From an uncultured Prevotella sp. (GTDB taxonomy: Bacteria > Bacteroidota > Bacteroidia > Bacteroidales > Bacteroidaceae), in assembly GCA_946542565.1 (NCBI GenBank), contig CAMNKR010000001.1, positions 2,721 to 66,720 of the forward strand: a stretch of DNA of 64,000 nucleotides, read 5' to 3'. Each line of letters opens with the position of its first letter. Position 1 is the stretch's first letter. Under the pieces are notes generated by a model that was not told where the DNA came from, did not search any database, and worked only from the letters and a program-made list of their open reading frames with translations. Below are positions 47,600-58,811 of the stretch, one piece after another. A program made the translations under genes and the position numbers.

Positions 47600-48820
47600 T
47601 TACTTTTTCTTTAGTCTTTCGATGGCCTCCTCAAGGCTCTCGGTGGGCGAAATAATGTTGTAGTCGCCCCAAAAGTCGGGCTCGTCGAAGAACGCCACCT
47701 TGTCGTAAAACTTGTCGTGGCGGCTGAAGCTGTCGCGCACCCTGATGGGACTGACCTCGCTCGGGTCGGCCACCGAGGTGACCACCATCTCGGTCACTAC
47801 GGTATAGGCCGAGGAGAACAGCCGGCGCTTCCAGTCGCACTTGAAGCGCATGGTGTTGCGCACGTAGCTCAGCCGGGTCTTGCCGTCAGGGGCGGTACGG
47901 TAGTTGATGACGGTAGAGAGCTCCTTAGGGTTAAACTTGAGGCCGGCGGGTCGGCGCACCAGCATGTAGTCGGCTGCCAGCAGGCGGTCGCTCGTGTCCA
48001 GCTGCAGTTCTATACGGGTAAAGGCCAGCGTCTCGCGGTCAATGAGCAGGCGCCCGTGGAATAGCGGACGGTTCAGCCGGTAGAGGGGTTTGAAACTGAT
48101 GACAATCTGCGGGCGCAGGTCTATGCGTTCGGGCATTTCCAGCTTCAGCTCGTAGTAGGCCAGCTCCTTTTCGTTGAATAGCAGTTCGCTGTTCTTCACC
48201 ACGTCGAGCATGATGGGAACCACGGGGCCTCCCATCACCTTCACGCCCAGCGTGTCCTTGGCCCTCATGCTCATGAGGCGGCGCCCTTTCAGTATGCGCA
48301 CGGCGTCGCCGTAGGTGCCATAGTTGTAGGAGGTCTTATACATGTCGGTGACGGCCTCGCTGACGGCTATGAAGCGTCTGCCCTTCTGGGCCGTCTCGCG
48401 GTAGAAGCAGTGCAGCAGCGAGGGCTTGGTGTCGTAGTTGTGGGGTATCTTGGCTATAGCGGCGCGCACCACCTCGAGCGGGTCGTTCATCATGACCACC
48501 ACCTCGCCGAGCATGATTTCGCTGGGCTTTAGCTCTATGCGCAGGTCCTGGGTCTTGGCCTTCAACTTGAAGCGCTGCGAGTGAAAACCCAGGTGGGTCA
48601 GCTCTACGTAAGACGGCCGCTGTCCTGGCACCTTGAGTAGGAACTCTCCGTCGTCGTTGGTCACTGTGAGGTGCTTGCCGTCGGGCGAGGCCACGCTGAC
48701 GTGAGCCAGCCGCTCGTGGTTCTCACGGTTCAGCACGCGGCCCGTAATGACGGTCAGCGAGTCTTGGGCTAAAAGGACCAAGGGCAGAAACACTAGTATG
48801 AGCAGCAGGAGCCTCTTCAT
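47600..48820 (-). CDS. Carboxypeptidase-regulatory-like domain protein
   Basis: Signal peptide, TVTNDDGEF, FYRE, FWGDYNII.P. Confidence 0.8.
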   Translation of the reverse strand: MKRLLLLILVFLPLVLLAQDSLTVITGRVLNRENHERLAHVSVASPDGKHLTVTNDDGEFLLKVPGQRPSYVELTHLGFHSQRFKLKAKTQDLRIELKPSEIMLGEVVVMMNDPLEVVRAAIAKIPHNYDTKPSLLHCFYRETAQKGRRFIAVSEAVTDMYKTSYNYGTYGDAVRILKGRRLMSMRAKDTLGVKVMGGPVVPIMLDVVKNSELLFNEKELAYYELKLEMPERIDLRPQIVISFKPLYRLNRPLFHGRLLIDRETLAFTRIELQLDTSDRLLAADYMLVRRPAGLKFNPKELSTVINYRTAPDGKTRLSYVRNTMRFKCDWKRRLFSSAYTVVTEMVVTSVADPSEVSPIRVRDSFSRHDKFYDKVAFFDEPDFWGDYNIISPTESLEEAIERLKKK

Positions 48821-48930
48821 TATCTATATCAATTTTCGGTACAAAGTTAAAAAAAAATCAGGATAATGGTTTACGAATTAGGGATTTTTTGTACCTTTGC
48901 AGCAAAATTTTTCAAAATCAACAGGAAACT

Positions 48931-50385
48931 ATGGGCGGATTTTTCGGCACGATTGCCACCAAGGAGTGCATCAACGACTTGTTTTACGGGACTGACTACA
49001 ACTCACATTTAGGTACAAAACGCGCAGGCTTGGCCACCTTCGACGAGGAGAAAGGCTTTAGCCGCTCCATTCACAGCCTGGAGCGTAACTACTTCCGCTC
49101 GCGCTTTGAAGACGAGCTGGACAAGTTTTCCGGCCGTCAGGGCATAGGCGTCATCAGCGACACAGACCCGCAACCCATCATCGTCAACTCGCACCTGGGC
49201 CGATATGCAGTGGTAACGGTGGCCAAAATCAACAATCTTGAGGAGATAGCCAGCGAGCTCTTGCAGCAGCGCATGCACTTCAGCGAGCTCTCGGCCAACC
49301 GCATCAACCAGACGGAACTCGTGGCCCTGCTCATCAACATGGGCAAGACCTTTGTCGATGGCATCAACCTGGTGTATAAGAAGATTGAGGGTTCGTGCTC
49401 CATGCTCATACTGACCGAGGACGGCATCATCTGTGCACGCGACTTCCTGGGCCGCACGCCCATCGTCATCGGGCGTAAGGCCGACGGCACCGACAGCGCC
49501 TACGCTGCCACCAGCGAGACGACGGCCTTCCCCAACCTGGACTACCAGGTGCTGCGCGACGTAGGGCCGGGCGAAATTGTCCGCCTGCGGGCTACGGGGC
49601 TTGAGGTGCTGCAGCAACCCGCCGAGCAGGAGCAGGTTTGCTCCTTCCTCTGGGTCTATTACGGTTTCCCCTCGAGCGACTACGAAGGCATCAACGTCGA
49701 GGACGTGCGCGAGCGCAACGGCGAACTGGTGGGTAAGGAGGACAACGTAGAGGCAGACGTCGTCTGCGGCATTCCCGACTCGGGCGTAGGCATGGCTCTC
49801 GGCTACTCGAAGGGGCACAACATTCCCTACAAGCGTGCCGTTACGAAATATACCCCCACGTGGCCCCGCTCGTTTACACCCGGCAGCCAGACGCGCCGCG
49901 AACTCGTGGCACGCATGAAGCTGGTGCCCAACCCTGCCATTCTGAAGAACCGCCGCATCGTCTTCTGCGACGACTCCATCGTGCGTGGCACGCAGCTGCG
50001 CGACAACGTGCGCACCTTCTTTGACTATGGAGCCACCGAGGTGCACGTACGCATCAGCTGTCCGCCCCTGGTCTATGGCTGCCCGTTTATCGGCTTCACC
50101 ACGTCGAAGAGCGACTACGAGCTCATTACGCGCCGCATTATCCGTGACATAGAGGGCGACGAGCGTGCCGACAAACCCGAAGTGCTGGCCCGCTACGCCA
50201 CCACCGATTCGCCTGAATACCAGCGCATGGTCGCAGAAATAGGCAGCCGTCTCGGGCTGACCTCCGTGAAGTTTGCCAAGCTGGAGAACCTCATAGAGAG
50301 CATCGGCATGCCGAAGTGCAAGATATGTACCCACTGCTTCGACGGCACCGGCTTCTGCCCAAACTGCAAGAAGTCAGGCCGCTGA
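48931..50385 (+). CDS. purF: Amidophosphoribosyltransferase-like protein lacking the N-terminal catalytic Cys
   Basis: CSFLWVYYG, GIPDSG, DDSIVRGT, ISCPP, CTHCF. N-terminus is MGGFFG. Confidence 0.85.
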   Translation: MGGFFGTIATKECINDLFYGTDYNSHLGTKRAGLATFDEEKGFSRSIHSLERNYFRSRFEDELDKFSGRQGIGVISDTDPQPIIVNSHLGRYAVVTVAKINNLEEIASELLQQRMHFSELSANRINQTELVALLINMGKTFVDGINLVYKKIEGSCSMLILTEDGIICARDFLGRTPIVIGRKADGTDSAYAATSETTAFPNLDYQVLRDVGPGEIVRLRATGLEVLQQPAEQEQVCSFLWVYYGFPSSDYEGINVEDVRERNGELVGKEDNVEADVVCGIPDSGVGMALGYSKGHNIPYKRAVTKYTPTWPRSFTPGSQTRRELVARMKLVPNPAILKNRRIVFCDDSIVRGTQLRDNVRTFFDYGATEVHVRISCPPLVYGCPFIGFTTSKSDYELITRRIIRDIEGDERADKPEVLARYATTDSPEYQRMVAEIGSRLGLTSVKFAKLENLIESIGMPKCKICTHCFDGTGFCPNCKKSGR

Positions 50386-50418
50386 GGGCTATAGGCCCAT
50401 AACTAAAACAACAATACG

Positions 50419-51381
50419 ATGAGAAAAAAGAGATTATTCCTGGCTCTGGCAGCCATGATGGTTGCCGCAGCCGTGACGGCTCAGCCGAAAGTGTATTTCA
50501 CCAAAGAAATAACCCCTGAGTCGTTGGTCAAGATTTGTAAGGCACTCGGCGTAGAACCTACGGGCCGCGTCTGTGTGAAGATTTCCACCGGCGAGGGCGG
50601 TAACACACACTACCTGAAGCCCCCCTTCATCCGCAACCTCGTGGAAGAGGTCAACGGCACCATCGTGGAGTGCTGCACGGCCTACGGTGGCAGCCGGCAA
50701 GACCCGAAGAAGCACTGGCAGACCATTCATGAGCACGGCTTCGACAGCATCTTTGCCGTCGATCTGATGGACGAGTTTGGCGAGATTCGCATTCCCGTGA
50801 AAGACCAGAAGCACCTGAAGTACGACATCGTGGGCGAGCACTTGGCCAACTACGACTTCATGATTAACCTGGCCCACTTCAAGGGTCACGCCATGGGCGG
50901 CTTCGGCGGCGTGCTGAAGAATGCCTCCATCGGCGTGGCTTCCACCCACGGAAAGGCGTACATCCACTCAGCCGGAAAGACTGCAGATGCCAAGCTGGCT
51001 TGGACGCCCGACTACATTGCCGCCGGACCTACGCAGGACAGCTTCTTGGAGTCGATGGCTGCGGCAGCTCAGGCCGTGCACAACTACTTCGGCGGACGCG
51101 TCATCTACATCAACGTCATGAACAACATGTCGGTTGACTGCGACTGTGACGGCCACCCCGCCAAGCCCGAGTTGCAGGACATGGGTATCATGGCCAGTCT
51201 TGACCCCGTGGCTCTTGACCAGGCTTGTCTCGACAAGGTGTTCAACTATCAGGGACGTCCTGGCGATGACAACCAGCCGCTCATTAACCGCATTAACCGC
51301 CAGCACGGCACCTACATCACCGACTATGCCGAACGCATAGGCCTTGGCAGCAAGACCTATACGCTCGTCACTATTGACTGA
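50419..51381 (+). CDS. DUF362-domain secreted protein
   Basis: VKISTGE, HFKGH.MGGFGG.LKN, DCDC, DPVALDQAC. Confidence 0.82.
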   Translation: MRKKRLFLALAAMMVAAAVTAQPKVYFTKEITPESLVKICKALGVEPTGRVCVKISTGEGGNTHYLKPPFIRNLVEEVNGTIVECCTAYGGSRQDPKKHWQTIHEHGFDSIFAVDLMDEFGEIRIPVKDQKHLKYDIVGEHLANYDFMINLAHFKGHAMGGFGGVLKNASIGVASTHGKAYIHSAGKTADAKLAWTPDYIAAGPTQDSFLESMAAAAQAVHNYFGGRVIYINVMNNMSVDCDCDGHPAKPELQDMGIMASLDPVALDQACLDKVFNYQGRPGDDNQPLINRINRQHGTYITDYAERIGLGSKTYTLVTID

Positions 51382-51695
51382 CGGGCGCGCTGCTGATGCG
51401 CTCAAGATAGAAGTTGAGGAAGTCCTGCCAGCGGTAATAGGGTGCCAAGTCAGTCGGCACAGGCAGATGGGCTTCACTGCCATTGAGGAGACATTTCACC
51501 AGAATGTCTCCTCTTCCTGTTTTACCACGGTAGAAGACGAGCTGCAAGTTGCTGGCCTTGCAGGTTTCCCAGCTCTGGTAGCAGTTCTTGACTTCGTAAG
51601 GGTCCTCGGGGTCACGGTCGGCTCCGTTGATGCCCATGAGCACGGTGAGCAACAACACAGGCAGTACTCGGGCAAAAGCTTCTGTTTTTTTTCGT
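51371..51695 (-). pseudogene. Remnant of a histidine-type acid phosphatase (signal-peptide-like start fused to C-terminus)
   Basis: ASNLQLVFYR...DILVK.LLN...LP..TD..PYYRW.DF resembles the C-terminus of Bacteroidota histidine phosphatases. No RHG motif. Confidence 0.55.
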
Positions 51696-52049
51696 TATGC
51701 CGCAAAATTAAGTATTATTTATAAAACCGCCAAACTTTTCGGCAGAAAAGTGGCGATAAGGCCTTGAGTCTCGGGGGAATGGCTTATGTCAAAATGCACG
51801 TGGTGGTATGTCTAAACGCATGGGTTGGTGTGTCAAAGTGCTTGTGGCGGTGTGAAAAAGTGCTTGAGATAATCATAAGAAATGGCCGCTTTTTAGGTAA
51901 AAAGTCGTGCACTTTAACACACGCAGCCATGCACTTTAACTCTTCTCTTTGCATCCGACTATAGATAATGTTCTATAGGTAAGGGTTACTTCTTTTCCTG
52001 CTGTTGTTTAAAACTTGTAATAATATTTGGTCGTTTCGCATGAAATTGT

Positions 52050-52057
52050 TACTTTTG
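52050..52057 (+). promoter_or_regulatory. ilvC promoter -7 element TACTTTTG
   Basis: TTTG at 52026-52029 with a 20-nt spacer. Confidence 0.75.
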
Positions 52058-52190
52058 CAACCGATTTTTCATAGAAAGTCTCTTGTCGCGCCCTCGGGCA
52101 GGGCGGGAGCAGACTGACAAGACGACGGCTTTCGTGTAGGGCTGGCATGGTCTGCAGAGATAAGTAAAACATTTAAACAACAATTGCATT

Positions 52191-53240
52191 ATGGCAGAAA
52201 TGAATTTTGGTGGCGTTGTTGAAACTGTGGTCACCAGCAAAGAGTTCTCACTTGAGAAGGCACGTGAAGTATTGAAGAATGAGGTTATCGCCGTCATCGG
52301 CTACGGTGTGCAGGGTCCCGGACAGGCCTGTAACTTGAGGGACAATGGCTTTAACGTCATTGTAGGTCAGCGTCAGGGTAAGACGTACGACAAGGCGGTG
52401 GCCGACGGCTGGGTGCCCGGCAAGACGCTTTTCTCTATAGAGGAGGCTGCCGAGAAGGGTACCATTCTGTGCATGCTGCTCTCTGACGCTGGTCAGATTC
52501 AGCAGTGGCCCACCATCAAAAAATACTTGAAGCCCGGCAAGACGCTGTACTACAGCCACGGCTTCGCTATTAACTGGAGCGACCGCACGGGCGTGGTGCC
52601 CCCGAAGGATGTGGATGTCATCATGGTGGCTCCCAAGGGCAGCGGCACCAGCCTGCGTACCATGTTCTGCGAGGGTCGCGGTCTGAACTGTTCGTATGCC
52701 GTCTATCAGGATGCTACGGGCAAGGCTAAGGAGAAGACGCTGGCCTTCGGTATCGGTATTGGTGCCGGCTATCTGTTTGAGACCACCTTCCAGCGTGAGG
52801 CAACGAGCGACCTGACGGGTGAGCGCGGAAGCCTGATGGGTGCCATTCAGGGCCTGCTGCTGGCACAGTACGAGGTGCTGCGTGAGCACGGACACTCGCC
52901 TTCGGAGGCCTTCAACGAGACCGTTGAGGAGCTGACACAGAGCCTTGGCCCGCTCTTCGGTGCTAAGGGCATGGACTGGATGTACGCCAACTGCTCGACC
53001 ACCGCACAGCGTGGTGCACTGGACTGGGCACCGCGTTTCCACGATGCTATCAAGCCCGTCATGGAGTGGCTTTACTACTCGGTACAGACGGGTAACGAGG
53101 CCCAGATCACCATCGACGCTAACTCGAAGCCCGACTATCGTGCCGGACTGGAGAAGGAGTTGGAGGCTATGCGTAATCAGGAAATGTGGCGTGCCGGCGA
53201 GACCGTGCGTAAGCTGCGTCCGGAGAATCAGGAAGACTGA
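52191..53240 (+). CDS. ilvC: Ketol-acid reductoisomerase
   Basis: IGYGVQG, MVAPKGSG, SDLTGERG.LMG, CSTTAQRG. Confidence 0.95.
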   Translation: MAEMNFGGVVETVVTSKEFSLEKAREVLKNEVIAVIGYGVQGPGQACNLRDNGFNVIVGQRQGKTYDKAVADGWVPGKTLFSIEEAAEKGTILCMLLSDAGQIQQWPTIKKYLKPGKTLYYSHGFAINWSDRTGVVPPKDVDVIMVAPKGSGTSLRTMFCEGRGLNCSYAVYQDATGKAKEKTLAFGIGIGAGYLFETTFQREATSDLTGERGSLMGAIQGLLLAQYEVLREHGHSPSEAFNETVEELTQSLGPLFGAKGMDWMYANCSTTAQRGALDWAPRFHDAIKPVMEWLYYSVQTGNEAQITIDANSKPDYRAGLEKELEAMRNQEMWRAGETVRKLRPENQED

Positions 53241-53247
53241 TTTTTTT

Positions 53248-53366
53248 AATGAGTAATTAGTAATTAGTAATTGTGATTACCGTGCACGCCATGCAAAGCT
53301 GTCAGCCCTAAATGGTGTCTATAGAAGTAATCATAATTACTAATTACTCATTACTAATTACTAATT
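53248..53366. repeat. Inverted heptamer-arm element (AATTAGT units) around a 46-bp spacer
   Basis: Arms 53248-53280 and 53327-53359 are reverse complements with 3 mismatches. Confidence 0.9.
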
Positions 53367-53380
53367 TAACAATATAGAAC

Positions 53381-53831
53381 ATGCTAATAATTAATAGTTA
53401 CGATGAGTTTGCCTCCCATTTAGGTGAGGAGCTCGGAACTTCTGAGTGGCTGGAAGTCAGTCAGGAACGCATTAATCTCTTCGCCGATGCTACGCTGGAC
53501 CATCAGTGGATTCACGTCGATGTGGAGCGTGCCAGGGAGGAGAGCCCCTACAAAAGTACCATCGCCCACGGCTACCTGACGCTCTCGCTGCTGCCCTACC
53601 TGTGGAATCAGATCATCGAGGTGCGTAACATCAAGATGCTCGTCAACTACGGCATGGACCAAATGCGTTTCGGGCAGCCCGTCATTACGGGCAGCCGCGT
53701 CAGACTGGTGACCACGCTGCACAACATACAGAACCTGCGCGGCATCTGTAAGGCGGAGATCAAGTTCCGCATAGAGATAGAGGGTCAGCGTAAGCCGGCC
53801 TTAGAGGGCATTGCCTCGTTTCTGTACTATT

Positions 53832-53839
<8 letters not shown>
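53381..53839 (+). CDS. MaoC-family dehydratase
   Basis: FADATLDHQWIHVD, IAHGYLTLS, NYG...RF..PV. Confidence 0.92.
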
Positions 53840-55670
<1,831 letters not shown>

Positions 55671-55700
55671 TCTCAACTCTCAACTCTCAATTCTCAACTC

Positions 55701-57428
55701 TCAACTCTCAGTCGCAGACGGCTGTATGTCCTCAATCTGCAACTGTATCTCGTTGCGCTTGTAGGTATTCTCCTCGATGGTATAGACAATGTCGAACGAG
55801 CGCTTCGACTTGATGTAGCGGGCGGCGGCACTTTGTCCGAAGGCAATGCCGTTCATGACATTGCTGGACTTGGAGTCAACCAGCTCCAGCTTGATGTGCT
55901 CCTGATTGCGGCCCACCACCTTCGACGTGCCGTAGTCATAGACGTTGCGTGTGCAGAACAAGGGCTTCGGGTTGCAGGGACCGTGGGGTGCAAACTTCTT
56001 CAGGTCGTTGAGCAGCTTCTTGGTGATGTCGCGGAAATCGACCTCTTCTTCTATGTCTAAGAGCGCCTGCGTCTGTTCGGGCAGTATGTGGTTGCTGACG
56101 TACTCCTGGAAACGCCGGCGGAACTCAGGAATGTTCTCTTGCTTCAGCGACAGGCCAACGGCGTAGGTATGGCCGCCGAAGTTCAGCAGCAGGTCACGGC
56201 ACGACTTGATGGCGTCGTAGATGTCGAAGCCTGCCACCGAGCGGGCAGAGCCGGTGGCCAGACCGTCAATGATGGTAAGTACCACGGTGGGGCGGAAGTA
56301 CATTTCCGTCAGGCGCGAGGCCACAATGCCTACCACGCCCTTCTTCCAGTTCTCGTCGTAAAGCACTATGCTCTGCATGTGCTGCTGGCTCTCCAGACGG
56401 GCCACAATCTCGTTAGCCTCCTCGGTCATTTGCTTGTCAATGTCACGCCGCTGGTCGTTGTACTCGTTCACATGGTTGGCTTCAGCCAGTGCCCGTGCGA
56501 AGTCCTTCTCCACCAGCAAATCGACGGCCTCCGTGCCGTTCTGCATACGGCCGCTGGCATTGATACGCGGGCCAATCTTGAAGACGATGTCGCTCATGGT
56601 GAGCTCACGTCCGGTCAGGCCGCAAATCTCGATGATGGCTTTCAGCCCGATGGAGGGGTTCTGGTTCAGCTGCTTCAGGCCGTGGAAGGCCAGCGTGCGG
56701 TTCTCGCCGGTGACGGGAACGATGTCGGCCGCTATGCTGACGGCACAGAAGTCGAGTAGGGGAATGAGCCGTGAGAACGGAATGCCGTTGTTCTTGGCAA
56801 AGGCCTGCATGAACTTAAAGCCTACACCGCAGCCGCACAGGTGCTTGAAGGGGTAAGTAGAGTCCTCACGCTTGGGGTTCAGAATGGCTACGGCCGGAGG
56901 CATCTCCTCGTCAGGGACGTGGTGGTCGCAGATAATAAAGTCGATACCACGCTCCTTGGCATAGGCTATTTCGTCGATTGCCTTAATGCCGCAGTCGAGC
57001 ACAATAATCAGTTTCACACCGTGTTCGGCAGCATTGTCTATTCCCTTGCGGCTCACCCCGTAACCCTCGTCGTAGCGGTCGGGAATGTAGTACTCAATGT
57101 TGGAATAGAACTGCTGTAGGAACCTGTAAACCAAAGCTACCGCCGTACATCCGTCAACGTCATAGTCGCCATAGACCATGATGCGCTCCTTGCGCCCCAT
57201 TGCGTCATTCAGCCGGTCAACAGCCACGTCCATATCGTTCATGAGGAACGGGTCGATAAGCTCGTTGAGCATCGGTCGGAAAAAACGCTTCGCCGCCGAT
57301 TCCGTCTTAATGCCGCGTTGGATGAGCAGGTCGGCAAGTATCGGACTCATGCCGATCTTGTCTGCCAGCTCCTTAGCCGCTTGCTGTTTTTCGGGTGTAG
57401 GTGGTTCGTAATTCCATTTGAAATTCAT
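55701..57428 (-). CDS. recJ: Single-stranded-DNA-specific exonuclease RecJ
   Basis: GDYDVDG, DCG, DHH, PRINASGR, GSARS, GGH. Confidence 0.96.
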   Translation of the reverse strand: MNFKWNYEPPTPEKQQAAKELADKIGMSPILADLLIQRGIKTESAAKRFFRPMLNELIDPFLMNDMDVAVDRLNDAMGRKERIMVYGDYDVDGCTAVALVYRFLQQFYSNIEYYIPDRYDEGYGVSRKGIDNAAEHGVKLIIVLDCGIKAIDEIAYAKERGIDFIICDHHVPDEEMPPAVAILNPKREDSTYPFKHLCGCGVGFKFMQAFAKNNGIPFSRLIPLLDFCAVSIAADIVPVTGENRTLAFHGLKQLNQNPSIGLKAIIEICGLTGRELTMSDIVFKIGPRINASGRMQNGTEAVDLLVEKDFARALAEANHVNEYNDQRRDIDKQMTEEANEIVARLESQQHMQSIVLYDENWKKGVVGIVASRLTEMYFRPTVVLTIIDGLATGSARSVAGFDIYDAIKSCRDLLLNFGGHTYAVGLSLKQENIPEFRRRFQEYVSNHILPEQTQALLDIEEEVDFRDITKKLLNDLKKFAPHGPCNPKPLFCTRNVYDYGTSKVVGRNQEHIKLELVDSKSSNVMNGIAFGQSAAARYIKSKRSFDIVYTIEENTYKRNEIQLQIEDIQPSATES

Positions 57429-57544
57429 TTATATCGTTTTTTATTTCTTTCTGCTTTGGTAGGCAATGAGCCTTGTGTGGCTTTAGAGCCTTATGGGGCA
57501 TAGAGCCAATATGACGGCTCAAAGTTACAAATAAAAAACAAAAT

Positions 57545-57585
57545 AACGGGCATTTGTGTGTTATTTTTAACACATAATGCCCGTT
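57545..57585 (-). terminator. Hairpin terminator downstream of the peptidase pair
   Basis: AACGGGCATT...AATGCCCGTT with T-rich flanks on both strands. Confidence 0.7.
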
Positions 57586-57608
57586 TTTACTAATTTATAG
57601 GTAATCTT

Positions 57609-58802
57609 TTACAATCCCAGCTTCTTTCTGATGTCTTTTGGGATGGCATTTTTGTTGACCATGTAGTCCATGGTGTTATCGGCTATGAAGGCCTTGGTCA
57701 TGTACCAGATGCCCTTGTAGTCACCGCTCTCGCCCCAAGAGTTTTTCACCATGTAGTACTCCTTGCCGTTCTGGTCTTTGGCAATGCCGAAGATGAGCAT
57801 GCCGTGGTCGTCGGTCAGCTCCCAGTTGTCGTAACGCTGCTGTCGGCGCTCCTGTGTGGGGGTAATCTCGGGAACGGTGCAGCCCAGCTCGTCCAGAATG
57901 TCGCGGCGCTTCGAGGGCGACAGCTTCAGCCAGCGGGCCATGTCGCTGCCCTGCAGGCTTTCGGTGGCCTTGGTGTCGATGGCGTAGGCCAGTCCCTGAC
58001 GGGTGAATCCGTCCTCTGAGACGTCGCCGCCCCATGCTACGGTGTAGCCTTCGGCAATGGCGTTGTCAATGACGCGCATCATCTCGTCCATAGGCAAGTT
58101 GTAGCTCAACGGGTTACGCCAGTTGTCCTGTACCTCTACGGGGAAGGCCGTGTAGAAGGGGTGGTGCGTATAGCTGGTAATGCTGACGTAGTCGTTCCAG
58201 TCCAGTCCGAGGCTCTGCGCGAAACTCTGTGGCGTGTAGGTCTTGCCTTCGTAGGTGAACGTCTCGGGACACTTGCCTAAGTAGGCGTCCAGAATGCCCT
58301 GCAGGCCGGGCTTCCACTGCGAAGAAATCTTTTGTGCCTTGTTGCGTGCTACGGCGTTCACGTAGGGTTCGAGCAGCGAGAAGAACTCGTTGAAGTTGAA
58401 TAGCGAGTCGCCCTGCATGCTGCCGGGGGCGGGCATGGCCTCCTCGGGGCAGATGCCGTAGTTCTTCAGGGCGTAATAGACGTCGTAAGCAGCGCCGCCC
58501 TGGGCAAACTGGCAGTCACCGTGCAGACGGACCACCTGGATGGCACGGTCCATGTAGGTCTTGTTGGCTACAAAGGCCTCGCAGAGGTCGTACGTACGTC
58601 CGTTCTTCTTCAGAATTTCGGCCTCGAAGTACGACAGGGTAGAGTAGTCCCAGCACGTGCCGGAACGGTTCTGGTCCTTAATACTGGTAATGGGTAACTC
58701 CTTGACAACCGTAAATACGGGCTTGTTGTCCTTCTTCGTTTCTTGTGCGCTGGCTCCCGTCGCAATGAGTGCGAGCAGCGCAAGGGTTAATACTTTCTTC
58801 AT
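57609..58802 (-). CDS. C1-family cysteine aminopeptidase
   Basis: QNRSGTCW, DHGM, VKNSWG, signal peptide. Confidence 0.92.
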   Translation of the reverse strand: MKKVLTLALLALIATGASAQETKKDNKPVFTVVKELPITSIKDQNRSGTCWDYSTLSYFEAEILKKNGRTYDLCEAFVANKTYMDRAIQVVRLHGDCQFAQGGAAYDVYYALKNYGICPEEAMPAPGSMQGDSLFNFNEFFSLLEPYVNAVARNKAQKISSQWKPGLQGILDAYLGKCPETFTYEGKTYTPQSFAQSLGLDWNDYVSITSYTHHPFYTAFPVEVQDNWRNPLSYNLPMDEMMRVIDNAIAEGYTVAWGGDVSEDGFTRQGLAYAIDTKATESLQGSDMARWLKLSPSKRRDILDELGCTVPEITPTQERRQQRYDNWELTDDHGMLIFGIAKDQNGKEYYMVKNSWGESGDYKGIWYMTKAFIADNTMDYMVNKNAIPKDIRKKLGL

Positions 58803-58811
58803 TGTTTGTTG

